From Candidatus Krumholzibacteriia bacterium (GTDB taxonomy: Bacteria; Krumholzibacteriota; Krumholzibacteriia; LZORAL124-64-63), in assembly GCA_046260475.1 (NCBI GenBank), contig JBHEPC010000244.1, positions 1-35,683 on the forward strand: a DNA stretch of 35,683 nucleotides. Reading direction: 5' to 3'. How positions within the stretch are numbered: position 1 is the stretch's first letter; each line of letters begins with the position of its first letter. The notes under the pieces were generated by a model, which searched no databases, was not told where the DNA came from, and worked only from the letters and a program-made list of their open reading frames with translations. Both the position numbers and the translations under genes were made by a program. Below, piece by piece: positions 33,263-35,683 of this stretch.

Positions 33263-35272
33263 CTACTCGACCCGCTCGAGCAGCACCTCGGCGATGTCCC
33301 TGGCGCGCAGGGCGTCCTGCCGGTCGGTCTCCTTGATGGCGTCGCCCAGCATGGTCAGGCAGAAGGGGCAGGCGGTGCAGACTTCGGCCGCGCCGGTGGC
33401 CGCGGCCTCCTCGATGCGGTTGTGGTTGATGCGCGTGCCCAGGTCCTCCTCCATGAACATGCGGCCGCCGCCGGCGCCGCAGCAGAAACCCTCGCGGCGG
33501 TTGCGCGGCATCTCGGTCCGGCGCAGCCCCGGCACCGCGGCCAGCACCTCGCGCGGCGACTCGTAGATGCCGTTGTGGCGGCCCAGGTAGCAGGAGTCGT
33601 GGTAGGTGACGTGCAGGTCCTCGCCCGCCTTCACCTTCAGCCGGCCGGTCCGGACCAGGTCGGTCAGCAGCTCGCTGTGGTGGATCACCTCGACCCCCTG
33701 CAGCCCGAAGTCCGGGTACTCGTTGGCGATGGCGTTGAAGCAGTGGGGGCAGGCGGTGACGACCTTCCCCACGTCGTAGCGCTGGAAGGTGGCGATGTTC
33801 TGGGGCGCCTGCATCTGGAACAGGTACTCGTGCCCCACGCGACGCGCGGGGTCGCCGCAGCAGCTCTCCTCCTTGCCCAGGATGGCGTAGTCCACGCCGG
33901 CCAGGTTCATCAGCGTGCAGAAGGCGCGCAGCACCTCGCTGTTGCGGGGGTCGAAGCTGCCGGCGCAGCCCACGAAGAGCAGATACTCGGCCTTGCCCTT
34001 GTCCCGCAGGCGCGGGATCGGCAGGTCGCCGGTCCAGTCCTCCCGCGCCGCCGACGGGGCGTTCCAGGGGTTGGAGTTGTTCTCCAGGCCCTTGAGCGCG
34101 TTCTGCAGCGCGGCGGGCACCTTGGCCTCCATCATGGTCAGGTAGCGCCGCTGGTCGATGATGTTGGGGATGTGGTCGATCATCACCGGGCAGGCGCTGA
34201 CGCACCAGCCGCAGGTGGTGCAGGCCCAGAGGGCCTCGGGATCGTTGACGTCGCCGATGAGCGCGGGCCGCGCGTGGGCCTCGATCAGGGCCTTGGCCTC
34301 GGCCTCGCGGCCCTGGGCCTTCAGCTTGCCCACGGCCTCGAGGTGGTCGGCCATGGCGTAGGCGTGGTCGCGCTCGTCGACGATGATGCTGCGCGGGTGC
34401 AGGGGCTTGCCGGTCAGGTCGGCCGGGCACATCTCGTCGCAGCGGCCGCACTCGGTGCAGGTGTACATGTCCAGGAAGCGGCGGACATCGAAGTCCTCGA
34501 GGCGTCCCACGCCGAAGGTCTCGCGGCCCTCGAACTCCATCTTCTGCAGGGCGGCGGTCGGCGTCAGGCGGCGCAGGAAGACCGCCGGCAGGGCGGTCAG
34601 CACGTGGAAGTGCTTGCCGTAGGGCAGGAAGTTAAGGAACGCCAGCACCAGCACGATGTGGGACCAGTACATGGCCTGGAACCAGGCGTCGACCGTGGCG
34701 GCGGGCCGCCCGGCGAAGACGCCGCCCAGGGCGGTGGAGGCCCAGGCCCAGCCCCGCTCCCGGTCCCCCGGATGCAGGGTGAAAAGGGCGGCGTCGCCCA
34801 CCAGGTCGGTCGCCATCAGGGCGCCGATCCACAGCAGGATCAGCACGCCCTCGGCGCTCAGGTGCAGGCGCCGGGGCCGCACCACCAGCCGCCGCCACAC
34901 GCCGTAGAGCACCGCCAGCAGCACGATCACCGCGAAGGTGTCCTTGAGCAGCGCGTAGCCCAGGCCCGCCGGCCCGCCCAGCAGGGGCAGGTTGAAGTCC
35001 GGGGCGAAGCCGCGGCCGATCAGGGTGACCGTGCGCAGGGACACGGCCAGGAAGCCGAAGAAGATGGCCGCGTGCATCCAGCCGGCGCCTTTCTCGTACA
35101 GCAGGCGGCGTTGGCCGAAGCCGATGCCCAGCAGGGAACGCAGCCGGTCGCCCAGGCGGTCGATGGCGAAAGAGCCCTCGCCCGCCCGCAGCAGCCACCA
35201 GCGGCCGGCGATGGTGTTGGCGAAGACGGCCAGGGCACAGAGCAGGAGCAGGGACATGACGACCGGATTCAC
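33263..35272 (-). CDS. Membrane-bound (Fe-S)-binding oxidoreductase, HdrD/GlpC-like with N-terminal polytopic domain (Etf-associated type)
   Basis: GTG 35272 after AAAGGGG. About 5-6 N-terminal TM helices, two ferredoxin motifs ([24 protein letters not shown]) and two CCG cysteine-rich domains (FVGCAGSF...[16 protein letters not shown]...FCCGAGGG...ACPFC). Confidence 0.88.
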   Translation of the reverse strand: MNPVVMSLLLLCALAVFANTIAGRWWLLRAGEGSFAIDRLGDRLRSLLGIGFGQRRLLYEKGAGWMHAAIFFGFLAVSLRTVTLIGRGFAPDFNLPLLGGPAGLGYALLKDTFAVIVLLAVLYGVWRRLVVRPRRLHLSAEGVLILLWIGALMATDLVGDAALFTLHPGDRERGWAWASTALGGVFAGRPAATVDAWFQAMYWSHIVLVLAFLNFLPYGKHFHVLTALPAVFLRRLTPTAALQKMEFEGRETFGVGRLEDFDVRRFLDMYTCTECGRCDEMCPADLTGKPLHPRSIIVDERDHAYAMADHLEAVGKLKAQGREAEAKALIEAHARPALIGDVNDPEALWACTTCGWCVSACPVMIDHIPNIIDQRRYLTMMEAKVPAALQNALKGLENNSNPWNAPSAAREDWTGDLPIPRLRDKGKAEYLLFVGCAGSFDPRNSEVLRAFCTLMNLAGVDYAILGKEESCCGDPARRVGHEYLFQMQAPQNIATFQRYDVGKVVTACPHCFNAIANEYPDFGLQGVEVIHHSELLTDLVRTGRLKVKAGEDLHVTYHDSCYLGRHNGIYESPREVLAAVPGLRRTEMPRNRREGFCCGAGGGRMFMEEDLGTRINHNRIEEAAATGAAEVCTACPFCLTMLGDAIKETDRQDALRARDIAEVLLERVE

Positions 35273-35414
35273 GGAGGACCCCTTTCGCCGGCGCCCGGCC
35301 CGCGGGGCCGGTGCGCCAGCACGCGCGCAACGGCAGGTGCAGCAAGGCGGAACTTAGCCCATGGTCCGGCCGCGGTGAAGGGGAAATCGTGCCCCGGCAC
35401 CGCCCGTCCCGCCC

Positions 35415-35443
35415 TTTACAAGCCCCGCGTCCGCCCCTAACAT
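35415..35443 (+). promoter_or_regulatory. Candidate promoter for the CoA-binding protein gene
   Basis: TTTACA (35415-35420), 17-nt spacer, TAACAT (35438-35443), about 60 nt upstream of ATG 35504. Confidence 0.35.
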
Positions 35444-35503
35444 GGGCGGGCACGGCTTCCCGCCACCGCCGGCCGAGCCGGTATCCCCGCGAAAGGATCC
35501 CCG

Positions 35504-35683
35504 ATGAGCGGCGACCCGACCGTCAGCAATCCTTCGGACGAGCGCATCCGCGCCGTGCTCGAGGGCATGAAGCGCATCGCCGTGGTCGGCCTCTCGGCCC
35601 GCCAGGACCGGGCCAGCCACGGCATCGCCCGCTTCCTGGTGGGCAAGGGCTTCACGGTCGTGGGCGTGAACCCGGTCCTGGAC
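35504..35683 (+). CDS. CoA-binding domain protein (YccU/YneT-like), 3' end outside window
   Basis: ATG 35504, 6 nt after AAAGGA. It is not in the ORF track because it runs off the window. Translation MSGDPTVSNPSDERIRAVLEGMKRIAVVGLSARQDRASHGIARFLVGKGFTVVGVNPVLD fits the IAVVG.S....R.S......L...G..V..VNP pattern. Confidence 0.7.
   Translation, partial: MSGDPTVSNPSDERIRAVLEGMKRIAVVGLSARQDRASHGIARFLVGKGFTVVGVNPVLD

Noticed and set aside
33251-35440. 729-aa plus-strand ORF
   Set aside because: It is antisense to the Fe-S oxidoreductase gene, and the translation is low-complexity (Ala/Gly/Val/Gln/His-rich).

Overview
High-GC (roughly 70% by eye) bacterial chromosomal segment, very densely packed. 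I support 31 protein-coding genes (two cut by the window edges, one interrupted by a frameshift), 4 tRNAs, several promoter and terminator candidates, and a few small repeat structures. Because of the GC content, most long ORFs in the six-frame track are off-frame artefacts (Ala/Arg/Gly/Pro-rich). I picked real genes by recognisable protein families, GC-rich third codon positions and SD/start context. Gene order: nth > < ssb, tRNA-His/Arg/Pro, rdgB-rph, murI-GerMN-amidase-smpB (all minus), tRNA-Leu, a CHAT-like protein, a small LpdD-like protein, a PDZ/polytopic/GAF/PP2C sensor phosphatase plus TPR protein. Then, on the minus strand, GT2-TPR, a cN-II-type 5'-nucleotidase and an archaeal-type GAPDH-like dehydrogenase. 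Then a SpoU-DUF116-UbiA operon, add, an outer-membrane beta-barrel protein, ahcY with a SahR-like ArsR/methyltransferase regulator, and glcF (frameshifted) with a fused glcD-glcE, divergent from etfBA. The window ends with a TPR protein, an NMO-family flavoenzyme, a membrane HdrD-like Fe-S oxidoreductase and the start of a CoA-binding protein. The beta-barrel protein ending in ...GLTWGF implies a diderm organism. I see no CRISPR array, integrase, transposase, toxin-antitoxin or recognisable defence module, so most of the window is ordinary housekeeping. The best candidates for something undescribed, all tentative: (1) the translationally coupled SpoU-DUF116-UbiA-like operon, whose start region is bracketed by a perfect 19-bp inverted repeat; (2) the bacterial pairing of a eukaryote-like cN-II nucleotidase with an archaeal-type GAPDH homologue; (3) an RdgB carrying a ~125-aa in-frame insertion; (4) a CHAT-like protein lacking the canonical catalytic Cys. 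Also notable are a 147-nt palindrome at the nth/ssb junction, a 7-bp tandem duplication that breaks glcF, and a long structured leader upstream of add.
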